Below, piece after piece: positions 1 through 14,565 of a DNA stretch of 64,000 bases. The translations under genes were made by a program, and so were the position numbers. A model generated the notes under the pieces. The model saw only the letters and a list, made by a program, of their open reading frames with translations. It did not search any database and had not been told where the DNA came from. The DNA is from Lepidodermella squamata. Lineage: Eukaryota > Animalia > Gastrotricha. The DNA is taken from the NCBI GenBank assembly GCA_047495785.1, contig JBLDXI010000013.1:2914001-2978000 (forward strand), given 5' to 3'. The number at the start of each line of letters is the position of its first letter. Position 1 is the stretch's first letter.

Positions 1-32
1 CGCGCGTATATATAGGAGTTGTATATTTTTAG

Positions 33-3000
33 TTGGAGACTAGGCTAAGCGATATCGCGCGAGAAAATGTTATTTTGAAGGAGACTAATGAAAAGCTCAC
101 ACAAAGGTAACTTGCCGTCGAAGCCTTCATTTTTTCGCATTATCAATTATTGTACGATCCACAGTGCTTTTGATGTCGATCGAGAACGCGGCCTTCAAGA
201 TCGAGAATCTGCTTATCGTATTCAAATTCAACAGTTGGAGGCCACGCTCAAGGCTGATTTCGGTGAAAAGTCTTCCATTCTAGAAAAGTTGACAGAAGAA
301 CGAGCAAACGCAGACAAAGTACGACAGGAGCTCAAGGACGAGCGCTTGAAATGCGCGCAGTTGAAGCAAGAGCTGGATGCAATGAACGACAAAATGAAGA
401 TATTTTCGAAGGCTAGCGCTGTTGATTTTGACGAGCTTGGCGAGGCTTTGATGCTTATTCGCGAGAGAAAACGCAATGCAAATAATGTCGCGAACGAGTC
501 AGCAATACTGAAATCGATCGGTAATGCGGCACATGCCCAGGACGGCATCAAAGATTGGAAGAAGTTGTATGAAGAGTTGGAAATCGTTCAAGCTGAAACA
601 GTGAATGAGCTTGATAGAACACGAGCTATTCTTAGTGTTCAATATAGGATTAATAAAGATTACGCGCAGGAAGTTGAAGCAACATCACGCCGCCTTGAAT
701 CAATCCAGTCTGAATCAGAATCCCGACTTCAAGAATACGCGAAACTGTTGGATCTTCGCTTGGCTCGCATTCGGAAGCTCGAGGCTAGACTTCGCGATTT
801 GGCCTACGGGGTTCGCCCTCTGCGGCCCATGGCTATGGTCACCCCAGCTGGTTTCGATGACGAGCAGAAGGGCGAACTCGAGGCTGGCCAAAATCTGTTT
901 GAGATCCACCTTGATACGCTACGCATCAGCTCAGACACCCTGCGTATTTTGGGCGAACCGGAAGTCACAGTTTTCTGTACCTGGGGCTTCTACGAATTCG
1001 AGCTGCAGAAGTCGCCAGTAATTCGGTCTTACAACTCAACTGCGCTTTTCGACTGCACGTCTCAATATATCGTCACAGTTGATGACTTTTTCTTATCTTA
1101 CCTTGCCCATCGTCCGCTGATTATCGAACTTCACCGAGCACGGGGCGGGCTTGATTACGAAACGATAGCTGTTGCTCGAGTTAGCCTGAAGGAATTGCTT
1201 GATTCGCAAGAACCAATTTGCCGCATGTCTGGTAGCGTTCATTTCACCGGACTCTCCGGGGCTCTCGAGGCGATTCAAGTTGCTGAACTCGACTTCTGGG
1301 TGTTACTCCGCGTGCCTATGCAACATGCTTTCCGACTGTTCCGAGAACGCCTCAAAGCCATGAACTACCTCGTCTCTGATGCGAAGAGCCGAGACGCAGC
1401 TAAGGCCGTGATGGATACAGTTGGTCTGGCGAAGTCTGCTGTTGGCGATGAAAATGTGAATATCCTTCACATTCACATTGTTCGATGCCAAAATCTGGTG
1501 GCTTTCAGCGGCAGCCATAACCAATCACAGCCACCCCGCCAGCCAAGCGCCTACGTGGCATATAAACTGCTGGATTACCCTGAACATGTCACAGCTACGG
1601 TGCCAGAGTCGAGCGCTCCTCAGTTCAACGACCACCACACCTTCACTTTGTACACAACTGCTGATACAGATCGATTCTTGAAAACCGAAGCGTTGCAATT
1701 GTTTGTGTTTGACGATGTCGCACCTGATACGGACGCAACTGCTTATCTGGGCCGGGCTCGAATTCCTATGATAAGCCTGACGAATAATCAACCAGTTCAA
1801 GGGTTGTTCGAACTAATGCGAGCTGATGGAACGGCGAGTGGGGTTATCGAAGTTCGATTATCATGGCAGTTTGCCTATAAACCGCCTTCGAATCTTATTA
1901 TGACCGGCCCGCCGAAACTCGGCCCAGATTCGGAGATTCCGGAGGTTCCAGTTCGCGACGTTGATGCGCAAAATCTTCAACGGCAGTTGCAGCAGTCTTC
2001 TCGCCCGCAAACTTCGCAGTTGTTAGGGAAAACTGTTCAAACCGCTGATTCACAGGCTAATCTTCCGCCGGGAACTCTGCCGACCCCGGTTCATTCCATG
2101 GTGGTCCCAGTCGCTGCTGCCCCGGCGCCGGCTCCTCAACTGGTCGCTGCCACCCCGTTCCCGGGTGTTCATGCTCAAATTTTACCAGATACCGCCTCGA
2201 TGAATCAATCGCTTCCACCGCCCCAGCCTACGCCGGTTCTTCAATCCGTCTCACCAGCCTCGATGCCTATCATTTCTCCCGCCCCTCAATCTGTCCCATC
2301 CGATAAGCCGAGGAGCCAGTCAGAATCCGGCTCTCAGCCTGAAGTTGTTTTCGAGTCTGACTCCGAAGGCGTTGTAGTCGAAACATCGCGTCTACCGAAA
2401 TCAGTCCGCCAATCACTTGAACAGGTCGTCTCAATTACGGTTCATTCGCTGCGAATTAAGGCAAATTCCAGCATTGGACGAGATGACAATATCACACAGC
2501 TATTTATTGCCTTTGATTTCGGAGCAATTTCACAGGACGAACTCGAAACGCCGCTGTCGCTGCCAAAACCTACTGGCGGAGCTGAACGGGACTTGTTGTA
2601 CAATTTTACGAAAATTATTCCGGTTGCGCCGTTGAAAAACCCGCAAAACCGAGCGTTTTTAGCGCAACTTATTTCGGGCAGTGACCGAAGAGCCTGTTCG
2701 CTGGTTTTCTCGGTTGTTAACGAGTCGGTCGATTCCGATGAATGCGACGACATTGCCGAGGCCTTGGTCGATATCCGAGATGTCCTAAATCGTGAAGATA
2801 TCCGCGAGAAGGAATTCGAAGGTATAAAAAACAATAATTAAATTTTGAAAAATTTATTAAATTTTTCTAATTTCAGTGCGGTCATTGTCGGACAATTCTG
2901 TGGTTGGATCGCTCAAGTTGACTATAATTTGCCACGATATTCTAGTTGCGATTAAACACGAGTTGGAAAGCGGACATCTAACAGCTTCAACGCAGCCTGA

Positions 3001-3037
3001 TTTATCTCGATCTGTAACAATGTCTCCTACCGTTTAA
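33..3037 (+). CDS. RPGRIP1L: RPGRIP1L/fantom (MKS5/NPHP8)-like ciliary transition-zone protein, 5'-partial; exons 33-106, 165-2821, 2877-3037
   Basis: Coiled coil (YAKLLDLRLARIRKLEARLRDLAYG), then C2 domains (GQNLFEIHL...FCTWGFYEFE; PSAYVAYKLLDYPEH...FVFDD) and a C-terminal C2/RID-like domain. GT-AG introns at 107-164 and 2822-2876 restore the frame. Stop TAA at 3035-3037. Confidence 0.9.
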
Positions 3038-6009
3038 ATAATGAAAGTCTCGCCATCAAAAAAATCCTCCTTAATTTTTCACCTGCTTTTTTGATACACG
3101 TGTCAATTTTCCAACACCATTTTTGCTTTAATGATAATTTATGTCGGAACAATTTCTTTGTTGTTTTGTGCCATTTTTCGTTTGTGCCGCGCGTGATAAC
3201 TTCTCATTGAAAAAAATGTCAAAAATTGGCATTTAAATATATTAAATAATGTGATGTTTTATCATTTATTGCTATTATTATTATTATTTTTATTTGTATG
3301 AAACTGTCAGCACACACACGAGAGTCAATGCGTTTTTACATTTATTATTTGAAAAGAATGAACAACCGCGGTATCTCTCCATCATTGTTTCATTTTTACG
3401 CATTCACCTCCACTGATACTACGTATTTAATGACCGTTTGAAAACAATACTGTGTTCTCGTAAAAATTGTTACAGCATTTTGGACAATAAAAATGTGTTC
3501 AATTGTGCTAATTTTATACCGCCTTTTATTCTTAGGTGACTAATATACCAGGATTTTTTTCCTGAATATTCCCCAGCGCTGTAATCGCGAAAGCCGCAGA
3601 TATCACAAGGTACGTGAGGGGTCCACCTTAATTTTATCGCGCGAGACGAGTGACGCTAAATTGGCTACTGAGCTGATTTAGAAAATTAGCTAGAAATACA
3701 CCTAAAATCATCATCGAGTACACAGGGAATAAAATTACGGGAAATTTGTTGACTCTAGCTTTGGAAAAAAATTAATTACGAAGCTGAATAGGGCCTTACA
3801 ATTGCATTCCTATCAATCTAGGAAAACAAGTGACACCTCTTTTCATGAAAGTGCCTCTTTTCTCTAGGTATTATATTCAATTATAAATTAAAGGGCCCGT
3901 GTTTACTTTTCAGGCGTGAATGAGAAACACGCAGGATTTTTTTCTCACATATACCTGCGATTTTCTTTCTATTACATATTTTGCACCAGTGATAATAGCA
4001 GATGATTGCCCTTAGCATCGCCCCGTCGGTGATGTATCGACCGGGCGCTGATTGCTGATAGCTGACTGTCTGTTAAGTGATTTATTGTTGTTATTGCTAG
4101 GTTATTACTACGGCTGCTGTTCGCAACGCAACGTCAGGGGGCGTTTCAGTAAATGGCTTCTAGGATAGTAGCTGTGTTTACGCACTGTTATACTATAAGC
4201 TAAACACTCCAAGACCAAGGGCAATCGGTTGTTTAGACTACCTACCGACATTTCAGCCGCCCGTCACCTCTCGTTTAGTTTACAATGATCTATTGAGCTG
4301 CGGGCGCCAATCGGTTTGCATTATTACAATTAGACGGTGCGAATGATTGGCCGCTGCCGATTTCGGTGATATGATACTCGAGTGCGATGAGCCCCGAAAC
4401 GATAACCCTGAAACGCTGAGTTCATGTTTACGCAATTAACACAACAGCGCCGCGCCCGTTCAACCGATTATCCCAGCGTAAAAATAGCGATTTTTCAAAC
4501 TCGATATTTATATTATGAGTACTATCTACTACTCCACAACTGACTACAGCAACATAGCGAAAAATGTTCATAATAATAATACATTATTTTCTATGCGGTA
4601 GTGATTATTGAAAAATAACGAATTGTTCTATACTTACTATTTACCTCGCAGCGTGATTGTTCTTAGTGCGTCTTTGCCTTTTGTTATTTTCCCATCATCT
4701 TTGTTTGCCTGCAGCCCATAGCGCATCTATCCGGCAGTATTATACACATACTTGTGGTTTTTTCCCCTCACACCTTGTCATCCGTCTCGAGGACCAGCGT
4801 TAAAAAAAACATCCCTAAGGCGGATAATGACCAACAAATCATTTGACCTTTTCTTTCATCACTCAAGTCATTATTAGGTAGTAATAAATAGCGTGCGTTT
4901 AAAATCGCGCGTGGGGCCGGCCTCGTGATGGCCTCGAGCACACATGTTTGAATAAACGACGGTGGGCTAAATGTCAAACTAGCATGCTATAATATATCTC
5001 GCAAAGCCGTCATCATCATTATCATCAAGGCCACGTGTATAAATTTGCACTAGAAGTTTTATTTTAAAACAAATCCGGATAATTTTTAGCGGTTTAGTGA
5101 AGGCGGTGTTTTCTCGCGCGTCAACAGGTTATCTGAGACTCGAGACCAAATTTATGCGCTTATCCCCGTCGCCGCCGCCCTGTTTTTTTTCGCCGTAGAT
5201 CCCCGGAAAAATAAATTATTATACCTTGTACAACTGCATCGTCTTTTGTACAACCACGCGCGTGTGCTGTATGAAAATGTGCCGTTTTTCGTTGCGGTGT
5301 GTCATCGTTATCATCCTTGAGGCATGCGCGTGTTTGTGCACCCGAGTGTAGGCATGCTTTTCGATGTATAACTTGCCGAACGCAGAAAACAAATACCTTA
5401 TATAAAAAAGATGACTTTTTACTCTCGCTCCTTCTCTTGTCTTCATACAAGTTATGATGCCATGTTATTTTTACCCGGCCTTTTTACGAAACGCCTATTA
5501 GACTGAACACGTGCGCGGGGAATACCGGTGGTTGTAGTCTTACTATAAAACGCGGGTCCCGTTATAAATAACATATTCGAGCTATCCCCCACAAGTAAGT
5601 GCGAGTAGTAGTATATAGCCAAATATTATCAAAAGGGCCGAGCCCCAGTGAGACTCGCTTGGTCTGCTTGGGACAATATAACGAAACGCTTTGTTATATC
5701 GCCTTTATTTTTCGGCAAAGCGGTGAAAAAGCGAGTTACGCCGGAAGTCTCATCACAATAGAGACTGGACATTGCAAAAACCAGCTTCATTAGAGCCAAC
5801 GTTTTTCCGCCTTAATTTTACTAAGCCTGACTTGGTACAAGAGAGGCAAATAACACTTTTATTTATTTATTTATTTACCGTTTCCTACGATCCAGCAAAT
5901 GTGTCTCTCCCCTTGATTATAGGTCGTTTTCGGTTTATTATTAAGTCATATTTATAATATGTGACGTGCTTCGGAAAAAGGAAGTCGAAACCTTTTCTCG
6001 TTTTGAAAA

Positions 6010-9000
6010 ATGTTGGCTCGAGCGCTTTACGACAATTACGCCGATTTTGCTGACGAGCTGACGTTTCGCCGCGGAGATACGCTCGTAGTAATAGAGCGAG
6101 AACTCAGCGGGGCTCCAGGTTGGTAACAAACGATGTTGTATCTTTTCATTTCATCAATCATTCTTATACAGGATGGTGGCTTTGTTCGTTCCGAGGTCGA
6201 CAAGGCATAGTTCCAGCCAATCGTTTACAACTCATTGCAGGTCAGTTAGCACCAAATATCGTGTGCGGTAAATAAAAATATTATTTTTTCGCGGCCCACG
6301 AGAGATAACGCGGGAAAAATGATCTGGCGATGAGCGTGGGCGCGAAAACAATTATAATTAATTGCCAGTTGTTTTTGACGGTTATATTACTAGATATTTT
6401 CATTAGGGTGCGATTTCCCAGATTTTTTATTATCACTCGGCGCATCAATATCGCGCAAATCATAATACGCGCTCGACGATAAGTCGCGCTGTTGGAGGTC
6501 GGCAGGCAGCATAAGGCGCTCATTTTTCTTATTTTTCCTACCTGATATTATGTGTTTCCACGTATAGTTCAATGTGGGGGGCATGTGGGGTAAGAAAAAA
6601 TAACTACCTCAATACAACAATCATCCCATTGTTTTAACATGTACAACTACATCTATGCCTAGTTTACCTAATACATATATTGAAAAATAGGTGAACGGTT
6701 GTTGGAGGATGTGTTGTATAAGTATATATTACTGTAAAGCGCGCAACTACTTGTGCGATAACTTTTGGCGTGACCGTATAAAAAATAAGCGCGCAGAAAT
6801 AGGCGCACGCATATAATAGCGGAGCCTAATAATATTATTATTATTTCCAGCAATAAAAACGCGCGCGTCTCGTCGAAAGAGCCGCGCGCGAGCGTGCGGT
6901 TATAAGGTTATACCGTGGCCTTATTCTCTGTTAAGGCGTATGAAAAGGAAACGCCGCTGCTTTTTCAGCCGCGTTTGCTTTGCGTGTGGCTGAGCGCTTG
7001 CATTCGAAGGCGAAAAAAACCGGCTCTTTGCTTCATTTGCGGCGGCGCGCTGCTTCCCAAGATGCAGCTCTAGTTTTATAATAAAACACCAACGCTGTAT
7101 ATATCTCAACACTGGCTATCTGTCCGCCTCGTATAAAAACGTACGGTAGGTAACCAGCTATCATGTTGAGCGAAATCGCTCGCGAACGCATCCCGTACTA
7201 AATAAGGTAGGTAGGTGTAGGTAGGTACAGTGTATAATGGGTGTTTTTATTATAAGTCTACTACCAATATATTATAGAATGGCCGCCGATCATATTGCTG
7301 CGGCCCGCTATAGAGTCCATTTTTGCGGTCCCGCGTGCCGGCTTCAAGTTATGCGCGCAGCTTCTAAAAATGTGTATTGTTTTTATCATAATAATAAATG
7401 GCACGCATTTTTTAGAGCCGACCCGCCGCCATCGGCAGGTTACGGGCGATCATTATTACCGCGCTAATGTTGGCTTACCTATAAGAAAAAAAAGGCGCAC
7501 TCCAGTAACCCGTTCTTTTCCATCAAACCTTTGCGAGGAAATAGCTAAAAAATTGCTTCATTCGTGACTTTTCCCGCAATTATCTCGCGTTGATTATTGT
7601 GTGTTTTTTCATTTCTTGAATATAGTTCGCGACACAGACGATCTTAACAGTAGCGGCGTTAGCAGTCCTAACACCGGTAGTTCATCGTTCAAAAACCGAG
7701 GCTATTTTTACGCGCCGTTGAGTGACGGCCAAGCCGCTTATTTAACTTCGCCGGCCTCGTCAAGCCTTTCGCCGTCGATTAACACCAATCTACCGCCGCC
7801 GGCCTACAGCGAAAGCGACCCGTCGCCTGGCCTCGCCTCTGATCCGGAACAGGGCGAAACAACATACGAGGTAATATTATATGCCATTAAATAATTATGT
7901 TTATTTGACATTTTTCATGCCGGCCAAGTGTGATGCACTCGATTGCCATTTTTTCGGGGCTCGTAAAATAGCAATAATTTTTATTTCGCATTTTTTGTTA
8001 TATTCTATTAAGGTGTTCGTTAAGCTTTGTTCTATATCTCAAGTGGCTAGATAATAACGACAGTTCAGCGATGTTATCTTGTAAAAACGCACACCTTTTT
8101 CGCATCTTAGCGCTGTTTTTACAACTACACTCTTGTAAGGCAATAAAAACAGCCGTTTGTTTTTTATGGCGTAATATTGTTGGAAATTAAGACTAAATTA
8201 TGAACATGCATGCAGCGAAAAAGAGTCTGGGCGGTTAAAAGCTTTCGCGCCTGCTCTTTATATCGCATTATTTTATCGCTTTTGTATCAGAAACATTAAT
8301 TTTTCCACCAGCCCAGATTCACCTTGCCAAAAGGCTTATATGTCAAAATCTGCTCTGAAGTCTAACCCAGAAAAAAGATTATTTTATTCCCCTCTTTTAG
8401 ACTTATTAGAATTTTCAAAAAAATTATTTCCAAATAATTCTCCTATTATATCATTTCCTATACTAATTTCCTCTTTTGATTCCTGCAAAAAATTGGACAC
8501 GATATTCTGTTGTTTCCGCAATCGCATTCTCATTATATTTGAAGCGTGTTAGGACACGTGTCACATGACACGTTTTCTAGATTCTCGGGTACAGTTGTCG
8601 CGAAGTGCCGCTAGCTAGCCACCGTCTTCCTTTATTCACGATTCGCACTTTTTATATTAGGTCACAAATTATTAGACCCTGCGTTTACTGCTTCGTCTCA
8701 CGATACATTTTTTTACGTTTATTTCCTCAAGTTCTTGTTTTCTGCTTCCGGACACTTGGAACAATGCAAGTTGGAATTATGAAAAATTCCAATGGAAATG
8801 GTTGCAATCAAAGAGCTCATTATCGAGTTGTAATTAATTTTTGAATAATTTATTAATTAATTAAAAATTATTAAAATAAGTAAAAAAATATTTTTTGGCA
8901 TATAATATAATGTATCTATTTATTGCAGAATTTTGCGTCACTCGAGGGCGAAAATCTGTACGAAGACCCGACAATTTGGGACCAGCCTTCTCACGGCGGC

Positions 9001-12000
9001 GAAGTAACTCCGACAATGCTCAAACAAAACCGAAGCGGCTACGCGATTCGCACCACTGCCTCGGCGTCAGCCTCAACGAACACCCACCAGGCCTCGCCAA
9101 ACAGCGGCCTACTCGTTACAACAACCGCACATCATCGCATTAATCCAGTTGAAACAAGTTACCAGGCGAATAGCACCGATTCGGGTGTCTACAGCCAACC
9201 GCCGTCGAATCGCAGTAACGTCGGCGATTACGCCGAGGACCTCTACGACTACCCAGCCGCTTTTCAACAAATGCACGGGAAATTTGATAATTTAACAACT
9301 GCGACAACTACCTCGAATGTTAACGCGCAGGACGGCGTTTACGATTTAGTCCCCGGGCCGAATGACCAGCAGATAGGGGGTGACTATGATTTTGTCTCTA
9401 TGCCGCACCCTGCGTTGAGAAACCAACACCAACAGGCGCCGATGGGTGACTACGACGCCCTGCCGCCGATGATTCTACTGCAGGAGGTTCCGACGCCGAT
9501 TGCGCAGCAAAATGCGCCGTCCGAGTCGTTGGAAACGCTACCTGAATTTTCGCCCGCCGAATGCGAGAAGGCGTTCGAATGCCGGCGTAACGTTATCGAG
9601 CGACTTGTTCGCTACGAGCACGCTGTCACGCGGGCGGCGACGCGATGGGCCAAGTTGTTTAGCGTGTCCGGCTGGCGGAAGAGTAACTACCTGGCGGCTA
9701 ATGCTTACCCGATTCGAACGACGGGTGAGCATTTGTCGAATGCTATGACTACGTTTGCGGCTTTTGCCGCTGCGGCGTTATCTCGCCTCGATTTTCCGAC
9801 TTTTTCGACGGTTTCCGCGCTACGGCAACACTACGAGCCTATGTACATCGAGGCGACTAATTTCAAGAAATATCTCAACAGGTAAATACAATTTCTGTGG
9901 AAAGTTTGGACCCGTAGCCTAGGTCATATTGAAGCACTAGTTTATTTTTCACTATTTTCTGGAATTTCAGGAAAAATATGAAAAAAAATCGGGAAAAATA
10001 TTTTACTCAAAATGAAAATTTAGCCCGCTGTTTCGTCAATTTTGAGAGGTTTTGGAACGTTTTTATTTGGTAATCTTCAAAATTTCCTCGCTTCGCTCGT
10101 TTTTGGTTGAAATCACTACACTTAAAAAAATCCCGGAATTAGCGGCCTTTAATAACCCTCATATACAGCCAAAATTAAGATAATAAGGCCCGTCCCAGCC
10201 CTCTCATTAAACATTACTCTGGAAAAATAATTCGCTGAGAGGTTAAATTATTCAATATTTAAAAAGCTCTTATAGTCAATTTGGGAAATACAGCAACATT
10301 TTTTTCCATCCCTGGCAGCTCCAGGATTCAAGATCGCACCCTGATTATAAATGTCACATTTCGAGTAATTTTGTGAAATGGACGATCGAAATTTCTATAG
10401 AAAATCAAGCAGTCTTAATTCATCTGGATTTCTCAAAATCGATCAAATAATCAAATTCTGGAAACTTTTCAAAAATGGCTTTTTGGGCGAATCATTTGAC
10501 TCATAATCATAATCATAATTATCATAATCATAATTGGCTCCGTTAATGATGAAATTTTTCTTTTAATGTCAGGCTATCATTAAATTAATACGTAAATTCG
10601 TTAGAAAATCCGAAAATTGGCTTCATTATTTAATTTCCCTTAGTCAATATTCTGGAAAACCTGTGATTTTTCCATCGAATTTTAGCTCAGGATTTAGGTG
10701 GTCGGAAAAAGCTGTATTGCTACGATTAATTTAATTTTCAAAGGCTGTTTTATTCCTTAAAAGTAATTTTTAAGGGTTCTGCCGAGCTTTAATTAAATAA
10801 TTAAATTAAATTAAATTGATTTTTTATAGCGTGAGTTTGGTGAATTGGTCGCTCGAAAATGCTGCGCCACATTTGGTTGGAACCTTCGGCGTTATGCTGC
10901 ACAGCCAGCGAACTTTTCTCAATAATCTACAGCAGTTTTCGAATGCTTTAAAACGTGCCGATTTCACAACGATCACATCGACCCGAGGCTCGACGCATAA
11001 TCTCAGCGAAGAAAAGCCTCGCGAACGTCTCCCGAACGAGCCGCTGCCACCTCAACCGCAGCAGCAGCAGCAACAGCAATCGCATAGAACTTACATGGTT
11101 GTAAAAGACGTGCAACCCTCTCCTGTGCTGACCCACCCCCAAGAAATACCGATCGTGCACCTGCAACGCGACAACTCGGTGCCGTCTACGCCTAAACAGG
11201 CGCAGCGCGGCATTTCGACTGTTCATATCACAATACCGGCAGTTACAGTCGGCAGTTCGGGCGCTACTAACAACAACAGTACAAGCAGTGTTAGCACGAT
11301 GACGACTAACGCAGCCCCAGCACCGCCCGCCAGTGCAACTTCGACGCTGAATAGGCAGCAAAAATCGTTGAGGTTCGCAGAAGATCCGGCGCTCACGTCG
11401 CAACTCGCCGGCGATCTCGACCAGCGAACCGGCGAGTTGAGCTTCGTTGTTAGTACGTTTGTACTGTCGCTGCGGCGGACTCAGCCGAACAGCTTCAACC
11501 GGTTGGAAATGCCGGATGGACAGCGTTATAATGGTGGCTTTATCGAGTGCGGCAAATTGCTGGTCAATGTAGCGCATAGGTAAATGAGAATTCTTTGAAT
11601 TTCTGCTTTTTGGTGTATCAATCTAGCTTTCAACCTGGAAATAGGTCCATTTATCCTATAAACTATAAACTCATAGGAAACTGGAAGCCAAAACCCTAAA
11701 CGCAGATTCCAAGCTATTTTTTAAAAGATGAATCTTTTTCTAAAATTGGGAATTCGAACCTAATCTTTATCTACTGAATGAGGAATGAGGGATGTTGAAG
11801 TTTGGATACAATAACAATGGATCCACCGCCAATATTGAAGTTCCAGTACTAAATTTTTCCGATTGCTAGCATTTCGAGTTTCCCCTGATCGATAGTGATG
11901 TCCCTTCAATGCGTAGGATTGAAGAAAAATTGTCGACGGGGCTTTTTTAACTGATTTTATCGGAAAAATCACTAATCTGTTAAATTGATATCGAAAAATC

Positions 12001-12767
12001 GAAATCCTAAAACTGACCTGCCGATTTTTCGAAGCTCGAAAAACTCCATTTTGAGGTAATCGAGTACTGAAGCCTTAATTCAATTAGGTGTTGGAACCCT
12101 AAATCTAGGGCAATGGGAACCCTAGAACCCTAAATTTAGAAGGTTCCCCCAAAATTGCCGAAAATGTGTTTCGCAAATGTGTTTAGCAAGCTAAGTTAGT
12201 TAGCGAAATATGAGGAAACCTCTCCAGGAAACCATTATGCGGAAAATATAAAACTACCATGAATTAGTGTGAATTTCCTCTCACGCTAATTTCTTCTATA
12301 TGGTTCTCTTCACTTGAGCTTACCCTATTTATAATTTCACAGTTTTACTGATTCATTTGATGAATTGGAAAATTCAAGAATTGAAATTACAGGATATTGC
12401 TCCCAGTAGAAAATTATTTCCCACTCGAGATTTTTTAGTATTTACGTGAGAATTAGCTTTGATTCGTTTTTTTCTTTCCAGTGTTGTAATTATCGGCGAC
12501 AAATTGGCAACTCATATATCAGAACCCGATAGATCGGAAGCGATAAAAACGTCTACGGACCGGCTTCGCGTCTGCATTCGCGTTTTCGTCGAGAAGTTGA
12601 AAAATCTGGCAAGTGCCGGCACGCGGTCGGCCGGCGCCGTCGACGACCTGATCACCCACGTCGAGGTGCTGCGGTCGCAAGCCGACGCCATCAAGCACCG
12701 GCTCGGCGCCGCTGATTCATCTTCTTCTCAAACCCTTTCGACGCAGACGGCGACGCTGACGAGGTAG
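6010..12767 (+). CDS. BCAR1: CAS-family scaffold (p130Cas/BCAR1/NEDD9-like); exons 6010-6118, 6172-6240, 7626-7870, 8929-9881, 10830-11579, 12482-12767
   Basis: SH3 domain split over two small exons missed by the ORF track (MLARALYDNYADFADELTFRRGD...GWWLCSFRGRQGIVPANRL). YxxP motifs (YEDP, YSQP, YDYP), a helical bundle, and a C-terminal FAT-like domain (FIECGKLLVNVAHSVVIIGDKL). All junctions are GT-AG and phase-consistent. Confidence 0.88.
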
Positions 12768-13692
12768 ACAGACGGACGACATCATCAGGCCCTGAAAACT
12801 CAAGCTAAAACAAAATAGGTGCATTTTTTTCAAAAAATCTTGACAAATAAATCGAAAAAGCTGTACATTTTCTCTCTGTCTCGGTGACGTATCTTTCTAT
12901 AATACTGGAAAAAATTGAATCGTTTTATCACTATATATAAATCTGTCGAAAAGGGATTGACGCTTAAAAAATCATTTTTACGCTGGCCTTAAAATTTGGA
13001 TAACAATCAAAGATGAGAAAAAAAACTCGCATGTAAGACGACCTTTTCCGCTTGATATTTTATTTTTCATAACGCAAACCCATCTCTCAAGCGAAAACTT
13101 TTATGTTACGTTTCATGTCCTCTCGATATGTCTTCCTTTCCGCGCAAATTTCGTGTCGATTGATTTTTACACACCATCTTATTATTTGATTGCAAGTCGT
13201 TAAGGAAGACGCAAAACTCTCATCCTCTCATCCGCATTTTATGTAAGGATCTAATGCTGCTGTGAAAATCCTCTCTGTCATCAATGCTGACGTTATTATA
13301 CAACATGAATTTTTTATTTACAAAATATTCGTTGCTATTCGTGAAAAAAATGATACGACTGAAATAATGATTCAGAAAATTTGAATAAAAAAAATTGAAA
13401 AGAAATTTGTTCTCGTTTGTTTTTTCGTGTAAAATGGCGCCATACCTGGATGACGCAAAAAACAACAATTTTTTCACGTGATCATTTGCTACTCGGCTTG
13501 GCTTGGCGTGAGTATTTTCTTCTGGTGACACGCGGCGGGTATAAGCAAGCATTACTATCAAATCTGTCATACCTGAGCCACGCGCTTTCATAAAAAATTA
13601 CTTCTCATGGCTATATAAGGCAGGTGAGCAACTGGCTTAGCTTAAGTAAATTTGTTCTTCAGAAATTGCTTTCAGCTTTAAACTCTTTCAAC

Positions 13693-13920
13693 ATGTCTCT
13701 CCCCACCGAAGCTCAAATCAAGGAAGCTTTTGACCACTTCGACAAGGACAAGAGCGGCAAACTCTCAAAGGCTGAGTTCCACCAGGCCCTCGATGAGGTT
13801 ACCGATGGACAGGCTTCTGAGGATTTCGCTAATATGTTATGGTCCCGCTACGACACCAATGGCGATGGCTTCATCGACCTGAAGGAGTTTACGGAGATTG
13901 TTCACGAGGCTAATCGCTAG
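13693..13920 (+). CDS. Small 2-EF-hand calcium-binding protein (calmodulin/polcalcin-like), copy 1
   Basis: Canonical loops DKDKSGKLSKAE and DTNGDGFIDLKE. TATA (ctatataag) at about 13612. ATG in aacATG context. Confidence 0.9.
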   Translation: MSLPTEAQIKEAFDHFDKDKSGKLSKAEFHQALDEVTDGQASEDFANMLWSRYDTNGDGFIDLKEFTEIVHEANR

Positions 13921-14334
13921 TAAGAGAGCCAAACTGTCGAATTCGTGAAAAAATGACACGACTGAAATAATGATTCAGAAAAATTGAATAAAAAAATTGA
14001 AAAGAAATTTGTTCTCGTTTGTTTTTTCGTGTAAAATGGCGCCATATCTCGACTCTCGACATACCTGGATGACGCTAGAAAAACAATTTTTTCATGCGTT
14101 CATTTGCAAGCCGACTGGATAGGTAATATTTGGTGTGTTTTCTTCTGGTGACACGCGGCGGTAAGCAAGCATAGCTATCAAATCTGTCATACATGAGCCA
14201 TTAAACCCACGCCATCATAAAAAATTACTTCTCGCAGCTATATAAAGCTGGTGAACAACTGGCTTAGCTTCAGTAAATTTATTTTGCAGAAATTTCTTTC
14301 AGTTTTAACCGCTTTCAAAGTTTCATTATTCAAC

Positions 14335-14565
14335 ATGTCTGCCCCAACTGCAGCTCAGATCAAGGAAGTTTTCGACCACTTCGACAAGGACAAGAGCGGC
14401 AAGATCTCCAAGACCGAGTTCCACCAGGCCCTCAACGAAGTTATCGGTCAACAGGTTCCTCAGGATGTCGCTGATGTTCTGTGGGCCCGCTACGACACCA
14501 ACGGCGATGGCTCGATCGACCTGAAGGAGTTTTCGGACCTTGTTCACGAGGCTCTTAACTCGTGA
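14335..14565 (+). CDS. Small 2-EF-hand calcium-binding protein, copy 2
   Basis: Loops DKDKSGKISKTE and DTNGDGSIDLKE. Upstream region is a duplicate of that of copy 1. Confidence 0.9.
   Translation: MSAPTAAQIKEVFDHFDKDKSGKISKTEFHQALNEVIGQQVPQDVADVLWARYDTNGDGSIDLKEFSDLVHEALNS

Larger units (their letters stand above)
13338..14565 (+). repeat. Tandem duplication (unit about 0.6 kb) covering promoter plus EF-hand CDS
   Basis: About 13338-13920 and about 13942-14565 share long near-identical blocks, e.g. cgactgaaataatgattcagaaaa and gaaaagaaatttgttctcgtttgttttttcgtgtaaaatggcgccata. Confidence 0.9.

Noticed and set aside
88-164. ATG at 88 as the start of RPGRIP1L
   Set aside because: It is out of frame with the real upstream exon and runs through intron 107-164. 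The gene starts before the window.
10501-10535. (ATCATA)n microsatellite
   Set aside because: Short, intronic and unremarkable.
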